Source: Eledone cirrhosa (Eukaryota). From it: a stretch of DNA of 64,000 nt. Both the position numbers and the translations under genes were made by a program. The stretch is from positions 168,206,001-168,270,000 of the forward strand of contig OZ024740.1 in NCBI GenBank assembly GCA_964016885.1, in the 5' to 3' direction. Under the pieces are notes generated by a model, which saw only the letters and a program-made list of their open reading frames with translations, did no database searches and had not been told where the DNA came from. Positions 40,165 through 54,759 of this stretch are shown in pieces; position 1 is the stretch's first letter, and every line of letters begins with the position of its first letter.

Positions 40165-42576
40165 CATCTGGTATAACGTAAGAATATTTCATTATAATTA
40201 TTTTTTGCATTTCAGTTAGTACGGTGAATCAACAGTATCTGGGGAGAGTCGGACAGATTGCTTTGTGGCAGAAAGTTCAGTCCCATTTCTTTCTGATATC
40301 AATTGCCGCCGAGTTAAGATTTGACTTTTATCTTCACGTCATCAATAAGACTGATCACCAGTAGAACAGTGGGGTCGATTAAATCGACTTTCTCCTATAA
40401 CGGTAAGGTGTGTTACAATTGATAAAGTTTTATTCTACATGTAATATTTCTTTTCCTTCAATAATGGAACGATTAGAATTAAAATAAAAAATAAGGAGTT
40501 AAAAATGTAAAAGTGCATATATGATGTGGCAACAGATAGGTGAGTGTGTGACATATATTTAAACACTTGTAAAAGTGCAGATCTGTCTATTATTCGTAAT
40601 GTAGATATTACTCATGTACACCAGACCTATGTACAACGGACTTCATGCTTTGACCATCCCGTACTTTTGTATATCAAGGCTTATGATACCCATTATGTCT
40701 TTAATTTATACAGTGATATTATGTAATGTGTGAGAGAGATATGGTTACGTCTGAATAAGACAGACAGCGGTCACGTCGTCAGTTAATGAGTAATGAGGAA
40801 ATTGAAGGAGACATTTAAACAAGAAAGAATAACACGTAAGAGGTTGAAAGTTAAACAAACTTCAATATGAGTAAGATGGCAACAGGTGGGCGAGCATGTG
40901 ACATATATTTAAACACTTGCTATGTAATACAATCAAGGGAATTAATCAAGGAATATAAGGAGTTTGTTGAGCAGTTGTTCTAGGTGGGTTTCGTGGTCTA
41001 ATGGCTAGCATTCTGAGCTTTGAAACCAGCAAAATCTTTAAAATATTTTTTTTTCTTTAACCTCCATATAACTACTACCTGACTAATCGTTCCAGAATTA
41101 AAGGAGTTGTAATACCACATCGCAATCATAGCAAATCCAAAAATCTCAGAACCAAATTAATAGCAAATCCAAGATACAATAAACATATGATCAAACATAT
41201 TGCTGTAGTGACCAGCTCAAACTTTTAGTATTGTATAACACTATATTAACTTGTTACCTCATTGATTCGTTATCAATATTGATCTAATAGTTTATGATGT
41301 ATTGCTGTGGTGACTTTCCCGTCTTTTAGTGTTATATAAGACATATATTATCTAAAGTAATATGATGTTATTATAACGGTAAGGTGTGATTTGACTGAAA
41401 GATGAGTGCTGTTGTAACCACGTTGGCTCCCGGATGAGTTATCAATCTGATACAGAACAGCTATTCAAAGTGGGCTTCATGGTGTAATGGTTAGCACTCG
41501 GGAGTTTGAATCCAGCGATTCAAGTCTCGGCGAAACCTTTTTTTTTTAATTTTAATGTTCCTATAAATACTATTTGCTTAATCGTGGATTTAAAAGTTTC
41601 ACCGAGACTTCAACTCGGATGGCTGGATGCAGGCTCCAGAATGCTAACCATTATACGATCAAACGTTAGTGGCATTGTGTTATACAAAATGTTTATATTA
41701 CTACATAAAATTAATTTATTGCAATGGGTTGCTAGTGTTTAAATTTAACTCCTTCACCCATTCACCAACGTGACTCCACCGACCTCATGTAAAAGTGTTT
41801 TTATCTTTGAATTTCTCTCGTTTCATTCTTCCTCTTTTCTAGTTTCTCGTTTGTATTCCAACGACAATTTGATACGGTTCCTCTGCCTGTTAGAAATAGC
41901 AGCCAAAATTTTCAATACTATTATAAATGCTTAAGATTTGTTCTGGCTGACATCTGACAGTTCTTTCCCGTCATTTCTGGAAAGATACGATTAAAATAAT
42001 ACAATAAAAACATATAGTCATCTAAAGTTTCAGTGAGATTTGAATTTGGATTGATAGATTCAGAGTCCAGAACGATAACCTCTATACCATGAAACCATTT
42101 CCAAAGAAGCCTTAAGTATATGAATTTCTTACGTTGTATAACAAAGCAGAAATATATGTCACATGATCAACGACATGTGCCCAGCTTTCTGACGTTGAAG
42201 CGTATTTATCTGTCAATTTCTCTTGCCTTTTACTACATAAGAGAGGAAACCAGTAAAGGAATAAACGGTGCCTACGTCAGCTCGTGGATACGTTATTAAT
42301 AACCTTCTAATAGTTTAAGATGTATTGCTGTTGTAACTACTCCGTTTGTTTTAGTGGTATAAAAGACAATATTATGTAAAGTGATATGACGTTATTTTTA
42401 ACAGTAGGGTGTGATTTGAAGGAGAGGTGAAAGCCAGTTGGCTTCCTGATTAGTTATCAATATGGTTCTAAAAGATTAGGTTTCCTTAGATTGCGATATA
42501 GCCTTACATCCCTTTCCTTCCTTAAACGACTGATCGTGCAATTTTGATAGGAACTTTTTTAAAAAAATGATTTTTA

Positions 42577-42648
42577 AGGTTTCACCGAGACTTGAACTCG
42601 GATCGCTGGATTCAGAGTCCAGAGTGCTAACCATTACACCATGAAACC
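42577..42648 (-). tRNA. trnQ-CUG: tRNA-Gln (CUG)
   Basis: Canonical sequence. Confidence 0.95.
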
Positions 42649-44002
42649 TGCCTGTTACACCTGCTCAGCTAAATGTTTGTATTGTTAGTATAATTTCATT
42701 TATTGTATTACATAACAAGTGTTTAAATATATGTCACACACTCACCAACATGATACCGTCTCACCCACAATGAAGTTTATCTTTCAATTTCTTTCCTTTT
42801 ATTCTTCCTTTTCTACTTTTTCATTCGTTTTACACCTTACTCATTAACTGACGACGATTAGGCATGAACTCTATGTCTCATAGAAATAGCTGTCAAATCT
42901 CGTGACACAAAATTGTCTAACAAATTAAGGACATATTGGACATCATACTAAGTAATATAAAAAGAGAATGGGATGGCCTTAGCTGGAAGGCCTATGTTCA
43001 TACGCCTGCTGTATATGAGTATTACCTACATTGCCAACAACATATTTACGCAGCTGTACACTGAGGCTCATTCTTGGGGTCAGCTTTGCAATAATGATTA
43101 TCACCTGTCGTAGCTGGAATACGGTCTTTAGAAAGTGTTTATTGAATACTTTTCTAACGTGTCGTTTGTAGGAGGGTATGGTGCTATTTTAGAGTATGTT
43201 TTGTTTCACAGGATTGTTCTCAATACTATTATAAATGCTTAAGATTTATTCTGGCTAAGATCTAACCTTTCGTTTCCGTCATTTCTGGAAAGATACAATT
43301 CAAATAATAAATCAAATACATATAGCCATCTTAAGCTTGAATGAGATTTGAGATTAGATTGATGGATTCAGAATCCATAACGATAACCATTACACCATGT
43401 AAGCATTTCCAAAGACACCTTAATTATGTGTATTTCTTACATTGCACAACAAAGCTAAAATATATATCTGTCACATGATCAACGACATGTGCACAGCTTT
43501 CTAATGTTAAAGTGTACTTATCTTTCAATTTCTCTGGCCTTTTATGAGGAAACCAGTCAAAGAATAAATAGTGTCTACTTCAGTTGCATAACAGCTTGGA
43601 GATTGTGTTGATGACAACACAAAGCTAAATTTTGATACAATAAACTTATGATCAAACATATTTATGTTGTTACCAGCTCAAATCTACTGTGATGTATAAC
43701 TATGAATTAACATATTAGCTCGTGGATACATCATTAATAATCTTCTAAAAGTTTAGGATGTATTGCTTTCGTAACTACTCCGTTTATTTTATCTAAAGTG
43801 ATATGATGTTATTTTTAACAGTAGGGTATGATTTGAAGTAGAGGTGAAAGATATGTGTACCACGTTGACTACTGGATTAGTTATCAATATGGTTCTAAAG
43901 ATTAGGATTCATTGTGATTGCGATGTAGCTTGACATCTCTTTCAATCCTGGAACGATTGATCGAGTAGCATTGTTAGGAACGATAAAAAAAGATGATTTT
44001 TG

Positions 44003-44074
44003 AGGTTTCACCGAGACTTGAACTCGGATCGCTGGATTCAAAATCCAGAGTGCTAACCATTACACCATGAAACC
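44003..44074 (-). tRNA. trnQ-UUG: tRNA-Gln (UUG), C32U variant
   Basis: Same variant as 28357. Confidence 0.8.
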
Positions 44075-46481
44075 CATCTGGTATATCGTAAGCCTCTTTC
44101 ATTATAATTATTTTTTGCATTTCAGTTAGTACGGTGAATCAACAGTATCTGGGGAGAGTCGGACAGATTGCTTTGTGGCAGAAAGTTCAGTCCCATTTCT
44201 TTCTGATATCAATTGCCGCCGAGTTAAGATTTGACTTTTATCTTCACGTCATCAATAAGACTGATCACCAGTAGAACAGTGGGGTCGATTTAATCGACTT
44301 TCTCCTATAACGGTAAGGTGTGTTACAATTGATAAAGTTTTATTCTACATGTAATATTTCTTTTCCTTCAATAATGGAACGATTAGAATTAAAATAAAAA
44401 ATAAGGAGTTAAAAATGTAAAAGTGCATATATGATGTGGCAACAGATAGGTGAGTGTTTGACATATATTTAAACACTTGTAAAAGTGCAGATCTGTCTAT
44501 TATTCGTAATGTAGATATTACTCATGTACACCAGACCTATGTACAACGGACTTCATGCTTTGACCATCCTGTACTTTTGTATATCAAGGCTTATGATACC
44601 CATTATGTCTTTAATTTATACAGTGATATTATGTAATGTGTGAGAGAGATATGGTTACGTCTGAATAAGACAGACAGCGGTCACGTCGTCAGTTAATGAG
44701 TAATGAGGAAATTGAAGGAGACATTTAAACAAGAAAGAATAATACGTAAGAGGTTGAAAGTTAAACAAACTTCAATATGAGTAAGATGGCAACAGGTGGG
44801 CGAGCATGTGACATATATTTAAACACTTGCTATGTAATACAATCAAGGGAATTAATCAAGGAATATAAGGAGTTTGTTGAGCAGTTGTTCTAGGTGGGTT
44901 TCGTGATCAAATGGCAAGCATTCTGAGCTTTGAATCCAGCAAAATCTTTAAAATATTTTTTTTCTTTAACCACCATATAACTACTACCTGACTAATCGTT
45001 CCAGAATTAAAGGAGTTGTAATCCTACATGGCAATCATAACAAATCCTAAAATCTCAGAACCAAATTGATAGCAAATCCAAGATACAATAAACATATGAT
45101 CAAACATATTGCTGTAGTGACCAGCTCAAACTTTTAGTATTGTATAACACTATATTAACTTGTTACCTCATTGATTCGTTATCAATATTGATCTAATAGT
45201 TTATGATGTATTGCGGTGGTGACTTTCCCGTGTTTTAGTGTTATATAAGACATTTATTATCTAAAGTAATATGACGTTATTATAACGGTAAGGTGTGATT
45301 TGAATGAAAGATGAGTGCTGTTGCTACCACGTTGGCTCCCGGATGAGTTATCAATCTGATACAGAACACCTATTCTAAGTGGGCTTCGTGGTGTAATGGT
45401 TAGCACTCGGGAGTTTGAATCCAGCGATTCAAGTCTCGGCGAAACCTTTTTTTTTTATTTTAACGTTCCTATAAATACTATTTGTTTATCATGGATTTAA
45501 AGGTTTCACCTAGACTTCAACTCGGATAGCTGGATGCAGGCCCCAGAATGCTAACCATTATACGATCAAACGTTTGTGCCATTGTGTTATGCAAAATGTT
45601 TATATTACTACATAAAATAAATTTATAGCAATGGGTTGCTAGTGTTTAAATTGATCTCCTTCACCCACTCACCAACGTGACTCCACCGACCTCATGTTAA
45701 AGTGTTTTTATCTTTTAATTTCTCTCGTTTCATTCTTCCTCTTTTCTAGTCTCTCGTTTGTATTCCAACGACAATTTGATACGGTTCCTCTGCCTGTTAG
45801 AAATAGCAGCCAAAGTTTTCAATACTATTATAAATGCTTAAGATTTGTTCTGGCTGAGATCTGACAGTTCTTTCCCGTCATTTCTGGAAAGATACGATTA
45901 AAATAATACAATAAAAACATATAGTCATCTAAATTTTCAGTGAGATTTGAATTTGGATTGATAGATTCAGAGTCCAGAACGATAACCTCTATACCATGAA
46001 ACCATTTGCAAAGATGCCTTAAGTATATGAATTTCTTACATTGTATAACAAAGCAGAAATATATGTCACATGATCAACGACATGTGCCCAGCTTTCTGAC
46101 GTTGAAGAGTATTTATCTGTCAATTTCTCTTGCCTTTTACTACATAAGAGAGGAAACCAGTAAAAGAATAAACGGTGCCTACGTCAGCTCGTGGATACGT
46201 TATCAATAACCTTCTAATAGTTTAGGATGTATTGCTGTTGTAACTACTCCGTTTGTTTTAGTGGTATAAAAGATAATATTATGTAAAGTGATATGACGTT
46301 ATTTTTAACAGTAGGTTGTGATTTGAAGGAGAGGTGAAAGCCAGTTGGCTTCCTGATTAGTTATCAATATGGTTTTAAAAGATTAGGATTCCTTATGATT
46401 GCGAATAGCCTTACATCCCTTTCCTTCCTTAAACGATTGATCGTGTAGTTTTGATAGGAACGTTTAAAAAAATGATTTTTA

Positions 46482-46553
46482 AGGTTTTACCGAGACTTGA
46501 TCTCGGATCACTGGATTCAGAGTCCAGAGTGCTAACCATTACACCATCAAAAC
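46482..46553 (-). pseudogene. tRNA-Gln(CUG) pseudogene
   Basis: B box (GTTC>GATC) and acceptor stem mutated. Confidence 0.8.
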
Positions 46554-47903
46554 TTTCCTGTTATACCTGCTCAGCTAAATGTTTGTATTGTTAGTATAAT
46601 TTCATTTATTGTATTACATAACAAGTGTTTAAATATATGTCACACACTCACCAACATGATACCGTCTCACCCACGATGAAGTTTATCTTTCAATTTATTT
46701 CCTTTTATTCTTCCTTTTCTACATTTTCATTCGTTTTACACCTTACTCATTAACTGACGACGATTAGACATGAACTCTATGTCTCATAGAAATAGCTGTC
46801 AAATCTCATGACACAAAATTGTCTAACAAATTAAGGACATATTGGACATCATACTACGTAATATAAAAAGAGAATGGGACGGCCTTAGCTGGAAGGCCTA
46901 TGTTCATACGCCTGCTGTATATGAGTATTACCTACATTGCCAACAACATATTTACGCAGCTGTACACTGAGGCTCATTCTTGGGGTCAGCTTTGCAATAA
47001 GGATTCTTACCTGTCGTAGTTGGAATACGGTCTTTGGAAAGTGTTTATTGAATACTTTTCTGACGTGTCGTTTGGAGGAGGGTATGGTGCTATTTTAGAA
47101 TATGTTTTGTTTCACAGGATTGTTCTCAATACTATTATAAATGCTTAAGATTTATTCTGGCTAAGATCTAACCTTTCGTTTCCGTCATTTCTGGAAAGAT
47201 ACAATTCAAATAATAAATCAAATACAGCCATCTTAAGCTTGAATGAGATTTGAGATTAGATTGATGGATTCAGAATCCAGAACGATAACCATTACACCAT
47301 GTAAGCATTTCCAAAAACACCTTAATTATGTGTATTTCTTACATTGCACAACAAAGCTAAAATATATATCTGTCACATGATCAACGACATGTGCCCAGCT
47401 CTCTAATGTTAAAGTGTATTTATCTTTCAATTTCTCTTGCCTTTTATGAGGAAACCAGTCAAAGAATAAATAGTGTCTACTTCAGTTGCATAACAGCTTG
47501 GAGATTGTGTTGATGACAACACAAAGCTAAATTTTGATACAATAAACTTATGATCAAACATATTTATGTTGTTACCAGCTCAAATCTACTGTGATGTATA
47601 ACTATGAATTAACATATTAGCTCGTGGATACATCATTAATAATCTTCTGAAAGTTTAGGATGTATTGCTTTCGTAACTACTCCGTTTATTTTATCTAAAG
47701 TGATATGATGTTATTTTTAACAGTAGGGTATGATTTGAAGTAGAGGTGAAAGATATGTGTACCACGTTGACTACTGGATTAGTTATCAATATGGTTCTAA
47801 AGAGTAGGATTCATTGTGATTGCGATGTAGCTTGACATCTCTTTCAAACCTGGAACGATTGATCGAGTAGCATTGTTAGGAACGATAAAAAAGATGATTT
47901 TTG

Positions 47904-47975
47904 AGGTTTCACCGAGACTTGAACTCGGATCGCTGGATTCAAAGTCCAGAGTGCTAACCATTACACCATGAAACC
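47904..47975 (-). tRNA. trnQ-UUG: tRNA-Gln (UUG)
   Basis: Canonical sequence. Confidence 0.95.
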
Positions 47976-50605
47976 CATCTGGTATAACGTAAGCATCTTT
48001 CATTATAATTATTTTTTGCATTTCAGTTAGTACGGTGAATCAGCAGTATCTGGAGAGAGTCGGACATATTGCTTTGTGGGATAGAGTTCAGTCCCATTTC
48101 GTTCTGAGTTCAATTGCCGCCGAGGTAAGAATTGACTTTTATCTTCACGTCATCAATAAGACTGAACAGTGGGCTCGATTAAATCGACTTTCTCCTATAA
48201 CGGTAAGGTGTGTTACAATTGATAAAGATTTATTCTACATGTAATATTTCTTTTCCTTCAATAATGGAACGATTAGAATTAAAATAAAAAATAAGGGGTT
48301 AAAAATGTAAAAGTGCATATATGATGTGGCAACAGATAGGTGAGTGTGTGACATGTATTTAAACACCTGTAAAAGTGCAGATCTGTCTATTATTCGTAAT
48401 GTAGATATTACCCATGTACACCAGACCTATGTACAACGGACTTCATGCTTTGACCATCCCGTACTTTTGTATATCAAGGCTTATGATACCCATTATGTCT
48501 TTAATTTATACAGTGATATTATGTAATGTGTGAGAGAGATATGGTTACGTCTGAATAAGACAGACAGCGGTCACGTCGTCAGTTAATGAGTAATGAGGAA
48601 ATTGAAGTAGACGTTTAAACAAGAAAGAATAACACGTAAGAGTTTGAAAGTTAAACAAACTTCAATGTCAGTGAGATGGCAACAAGTGTGCGATCATGTG
48701 ACATGTATTTAAACACTTGCTATGTAATACAATCAAGGGAATTAATCAAGGGATATAAGGAGTTTGTTGAGCAGTTGTTCTAGATGGGTTTCGTGGTCTA
48801 ATGGCTAGCATTCTGAGCTTTGAATCCAGCAAAATCATTAAAATATTTTTTTTCTTTAACCTCCATATAACTACTACCTGACTAATCGTTCCAGAATTAA
48901 AGGAGTTGTAATCCTACATGGCAATCATAACAAATCCTAAAATCTCAGAACCAAATTAATAGCAAATCCAAGATACAATAAACATATGATCAAACATATT
49001 GCTTTAGTGACCAGCTCAAACTTTTAGTATTGTATAACAGTATATTAACTTGTTACCTCATTGATTCGTTCTCAATATTGATCTAATGGTTTATGATATA
49101 TTGCTGTGGTGACTTTCCCGTCTTTTAGTGTTATATAAGACATATATTATCTAAAGTAATATGACGTTATTATAACGGTAAGGTGTGATTTGAATGAAAG
49201 ATGAGCGCTGTTGCTACCACGTTGACTCCCGGATGAGTTATCAATCTGATACAGAACAGCTATTCTAAGTGGGCTTCGTGGTGTATTGGTTAGCACTCGG
49301 GACTTTGAATCAAGCGATTTGAGTTCAAATTTTGGCGAAACTTTTTTTTTTTTATTTTAACGTTCCTATAAATACTATTTGCTTAATCGTGGATTTAAAG
49401 GTTTCACCGAGACTTCAACTCGGATGGCTGGATGCAGGCTCCAGAATGCTAACCTTTATACGATCAAACGTTCGTGGCATTGTGTTATACACAATGTTTA
49501 TATTACTACATAAAATTAATTTATTGCAATGGGTTGCTAGTGTTTAAATTTATCTCCTTCACCCACTCACCAACATGACTCCACCGACCTCATGTTAAAG
49601 TGTTTTTATCTTTTACTTTCTCTCGTTTCATTCTTCCTCTTTTCTAGTTTCTCTTTTGTATTCCAACGACAATTTGATACGGTTCCTCTGCCTGTTAGAA
49701 ATAGCAGCCAAAGTTTTCAATACTATTATAAATGCTTAAGATTTGTTCTTGCTGAGATCTGACAGTTCTTTCCCGTCATTTCTAGAAAGATACGATTAAA
49801 ATAATACAATAAAAACATATAGTCATCTAAAGTTTCAGTGAGATTTGAATTTGGATTGATAGATTTAGAGTCCAGAACGATAACCTCTATACCATGAAAC
49901 CATTTCCAAAGAAGCCTAATGTATATGAATTTCTTACATTGTATAACAAATCAGAAATATATGTCACATGATCAACGACATGTGCCCAGCTTTCTGACGT
50001 TGAAGTGTATTTATCTGTCAATTTCTCTTGCCTTTTACTACATAAGAGAGGAAACCAGTAAAAGAATAAACGGTGCCTACGTCAGATCATGGATAACGTA
50101 TCAATAAGCTTCTAATAGTTTAGGATGGATTGCTCTCGTAAACCATTAAGAAATTAAATGGTGTCAACATCAGATGCCTTACAGCTTGGAGATTTTTGTT
50201 GGTGATAACAAAAGGCTAAACATTGAGAGAATAAACTTATGATCAAATGCATTTCTGTTGTGACCAGCTCAAAACTCCAGTGATGTATAAGTATATATGA
50301 ACATGTTAGCTCGTGGATACGTTATCAATAACCTTCTAATAGTTTAGGATGTATTGCTGTTGTAACTACTCCGTTTGTTTTAGTTGTATAAAAGACAATA
50401 TTATGTAAAGTGATATGACGTTATTTTTAACAGTAGGGTGTGATTTGAAGGAGAGGTGAAAGCCAGTTGGCTTCCTGATTAGTTATCAATATGGTTCTAA
50501 AAGATTAGGATTACTTATGATTGCGATATAGCCTTACATTCCTTTCCTTCCTTAAATGATTGATCGTGTAGTTTTGATAGGAACGTTAAAAAAATATTAT
50601 TTTTA

Positions 50606-50677
50606 AGGTTTCAGCGAGACTTGATCTCGGATCGCTGGATTCAGAGTCCAGAGTGCTAACCATTACACCATGAAACC
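50606..50677 (-). pseudogene. tRNA-Gln(CUG) pseudogene
   Basis: B box GTTC>GATC and T-stem change. Confidence 0.75.
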
Positions 50678-52031
50678 TGCCTGTCATACCTGCTCAGCTA
50701 AATGTTTGTATTGTTAGTATAATTTCCTCTATTGTATTACATAACAAGTGTTTAAATATATGTCACACACTCACCAACATGATACCGTCTCACCCACAAT
50801 GAAGTTTATCTTTCAATTTATTTCCTTTTATTCTTCCTTTTCTACTTTTTCATTCCTTTTACACCTTACTCATTAACTGACGACGATTAGACATGAACTC
50901 TATGTCTCATAGAAATAGCAGTCAAATCTCGTGACACAAAATTGTCTAACAAATTAAGGAGATATTGGACATCATACTACGTAATATAAAAAGAGAATGG
51001 GATGGCCTTAGCTGGAAGGCCTATGTTCATACGCCTGCTGTATATGAGTATTACCTACATTGCCAACAACATATTTACGCAGCTGTACACTGAGGCTCAT
51101 TCTTGGGGTCAGCCTTGCAATATGGATTCTTACCTGTCGTAGCTGGAATACGGTCTTTAGAAAGTGTTTATTGAATACTTTTCTGACGTGTCGTTTGTAG
51201 GAGGGTATGGTGCTATTTTAGAGTATGTTTTGTTTCACGCGATTGTTCTCAATACTATTATAAATGCTTAAGATTTATTCTGGCTAAGATCTAACCTTTC
51301 GTTTCCGTCATTTCTCGAAAGATACAATTCAAATAATAAATCAAATACATATAGCCATCTTAAGCTTGAATGAGATTTGAGATTAGATTTAATGGATTCA
51401 GAATTCAAAACGATAACCATTACACCATGTAAGCATTTCCAAAGACACCTTAATTATGTTTATTTCTTACATTGCACAACAAAGCTAAAATATATATCTG
51501 TCACATGATCAACGACATGTGCCCAGCTTTCTAATGTTAAAGTGTATTTATCTTTCAATTTCTCTTGCCTTTTATGAGGAAACCAGTCAAAGAATAAATA
51601 GTGTCTACTTCAGTTTCATAACAGCTTGGAGATTGTGTTGATGACAACACAAAGCTAAACTTTGATACAATAAACTTATGATCAAACGTATTTATGTTGT
51701 GACCAGCTCAAATCTACAGTGATGTATAACTATGAATTAACATATTAGCTCGTGGATACATCATTAATAATCTTCTAAAAGTTTAGGATGTATTGCTTTC
51801 GTAACTACTCCGTTTATTTTATCTAAAGTGATATGATGTTATTTTTAACAGCAGGGTATGATTTGAAGTAGAGGTGAAAGATATGTGTACTACGTTGACT
51901 ACTGGATTAGTTATCAATATGGTTCTAAAGATTAGGATTCATTGTGATTGCGATGTAGCTTGACATCTCTTTCAATCCTGGAACGATTGATCGAGTAGCA
52001 TTGTTAGGAACGATAAAAAAGATGATTTTTG

Positions 52032-52103
52032 AAGTTTCACCGAGACTTGAACTCGGATCGCTGGATTCAAAGTCCAGAGTGCTAACAATTACACAATGAA
52101 ACC
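52032..52103 (-). pseudogene. tRNA-Gln(UUG) pseudogene at the array-B edge
   Basis: A-box G residues and acceptor end mutated. Confidence 0.75.
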
Positions 52104-52985
52104 TGTCGGGATCACCGACTCAACTAAATGTTTATATTGCTAGTTAAATTTCCCTTATTTCTATTACATAACAAGTGTTTAAATATACGTCACACACTCA
52201 CCTACGTGTTGCCACCTCACTCCCATTGAGGTCTGTTTATCTTTCAATTGTTCTTGTCTTTTAAGTACATACAACAGGAAAACATTTAAAAGATAAATGT
52301 TATCACCTTCAGTTGTCTAACAGCATGAAGATATGTGTTGATGTATAATACCAGGTGAAATCTTGATACAACAAACCCGTTATCCAAGGCGGGAGTTGTA
52401 GTGTAATGGCTAACACTCTGGACTTTGAATCGAGCGATCTGAGTTCAATTCTCGGCGAAACCATAAAAATTACATTTATTTAACGTTCATATAAACACTA
52501 TCTGATTTATCGTTCCAGAATTGAAGGAGATGTAAGCCTACATCTCAAACACAATAAATCTTAAAATTTTAGAACCAAATTGATAATAACTCCAAGATAC
52601 AATAAACATATGATCAAACGTATTTCTGTTGTGACCAGCTGAAACTTTTAGTTGTAATTAACAGTATATTAACATGTTAGCTCGTTGTTTCCTTATCAAT
52701 ATTGTTCTAGTAGTTTAGGATGTATTGCTGTGGTGACTATTCTGTGTTTTTAGTGTTATATAAAACTATATTATCTAAAGTAATATGACGTTACTTATAA
52801 AGATAAGGTGCGATACGAACGAGAGCGGTATTTCTACCTCGTTGGTTCCCGGATTAATTACCAATTTGGTTCCAAAAGTTTAGGATGTATTTTGATTGTG
52901 ATATAGGATTATATTTCCTTCAATTCTGGAACAATTAATCAGGTAATATTTATATGAACTTTAAAATGAAAAAAAAAGATTTCGA

Positions 52986-53057
52986 AGGTTTCACCGAGAC
53001 GTGAACTCGACTCGCTGGATTCAGAGTCCAGAATGCTAACCATTACACCATGAAACC
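52986..53057 (-). pseudogene. tRNA-Gln(CUG) pseudogene
   Basis: T-loop, T-stem and D-stem substitutions. Confidence 0.75.
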
Positions 53058-54759
53058 TCGTCTACGATGTCTACTCAGCGCAAATGTTTGTATTGTTAGT
53101 ATAATTTCCTTTATTGTATTACATAACAAGTGTTTAAATATGTGTCACACATTCACCTACATGTTGCCATCTCATTCACAATGAAGTTTATCTTTTATTT
53201 TCTTTCGTTTTATTCTTCCTTTTCATTAACTGACGACGATTAGGCGTGATCCTTCCGTGTCATAGAAATAGCAGGCAAATCTCGTGACACAATATCTTAT
53301 AAATTAAGGACATATTCGACATCATAATACCTGATATACAAAATAATGTGATGGCCATAACTGGAAGGCCTTACGTTGATAGGTCTGTTGTATATGAGTA
53401 TTATCTACATAACCAACAATACATATTTACGCAGCTGTACATTAAGGCTCACTCTTGAGGTCAAAGTCCAGAGTGCTAACTATTACACCATGAAACCCGT
53501 CTCTGACAGCTGCTCAATTGATATCTATATTGCTAGTTTAATTTCCTTTATTGTATGTTTATCTTTCAATTACTCTTGTCTTTTATGTACATACACGAGG
53601 AAACCTGTAAAACACTAAATTGTGTCAACTCCAGTTGTCTAACAGCTCCGAGATTTTTGTTGATGTATAATACCAGGCTAAACCTATGTCGTGACAGATA
53701 TATTTTAACTTTGTTATATAATGTAAGAAATAAATATAATTAAAATTTCTTAGGCACAAGTTTCATGGTGCAAAACGGGAAGTGCCCCCAAACGGAGTGA
53801 TGGGGGGCAAAATGGGGAGATTTTACATAATAAAAGCTATACCCATTTTCACAATAGAAGACATCTCTCACCCACCATAAAGTGGATGCTAGATATCCAT
53901 GTCGGAAGGGATAGTTGACAGGTCTTGAATCCATCAATCCAATTTCAAATTTCATTGAAATATTTGATGTGTATTCATGTTTTTTTTTATTTATTATAAA
54001 TCGTACTAGAATTGAAGAAAATTAAGTCTTAAACATTTTTCACAGTAGTGAGAAAAAGTGTGTAAACCAACATGCTCTGATACAACACCACCATATCCTA
54101 CTAATTCCACGTCAGAATAGATCGCAATAAACATTTATTAAAGAAGATATTCCTTCTACTACATGTGGAATACCTTAGCAGAAAGCTGACCCAAAGAGTG
54201 AGCCTCAATGTAAAAGAACAAATCTGTCTGTTGTTCGTGATGTAGATAATACTCATGTACAGCAGAACTATAAATAACGGCCCTCCAGTTTTGACCATCC
54301 CGTACCTTTTTACATCAGGGATTATGATGTCATTAATTTATAAAGCGATATTGAAGGAGAAAGTAGAAAAGGAAGAATAAAACGACAGAATTGAAAATGT
54401 AAACCTATATCGCAATCACAACAAATCTTAAAATTTTAGAACCAAATCGATAATTATTTCAGGATACAATAAACATATGACCAGCCGTATTCCTCTCGTG
54501 AACAGCTCGGATTTTTAGTTGTATATAACAGTATATTAATATGTCAGTTCGTTAATTCATTATCAACGGTAGGGTGCAATTTCAATGAGAGACGAGCGTT
54601 ATTTCTACCACTTAGGTTACCGGATTATTTATCAATTTGGTTCTGAAATTTAGGATTTATTTTGACTGTGGTGTAGGGTAGGATTATATTTCCTTCACTT
54701 CTAGAACGTTTGATCAGGTAGTACTTGTATGAACGTCAAAACGAAAAGATATAGAATTA

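Larger units (their letters stand above)
28143..52103. repeat. Tandem array B: about 3.9-kb unit, about 6 copies. Each unit has tRNA-Gln(UUG), tRNA-Gln(CUG), about 5 pseudogenes and an old SINE
   Basis: UUG genes at 28357, 32269, 36182, 40093, 44003, 47904, 52032 give spacings 3912, 3913, 3911, 3910, 3901, 4128. Confidence 0.96.

Noticed and set aside
9945-52103. Repeated short ORFs (MKMDECIQ.., MDIVIPDIQK.., MCDIYLNT.., MQKIIIMK..) as a multigene peptide family
   Set aside because: They recur only because the DNA is tandemly duplicated. They overlap tRNAs or a MITE, frameshift between units, often start at non-ATG codons and show no domain.
9945-52103. CRISPR-like repeat/spacer array
   Set aside because: The repeats are 72-bp tRNAs in kb-scale units with identical 'spacers'. 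No cas genes; eukaryotic context.
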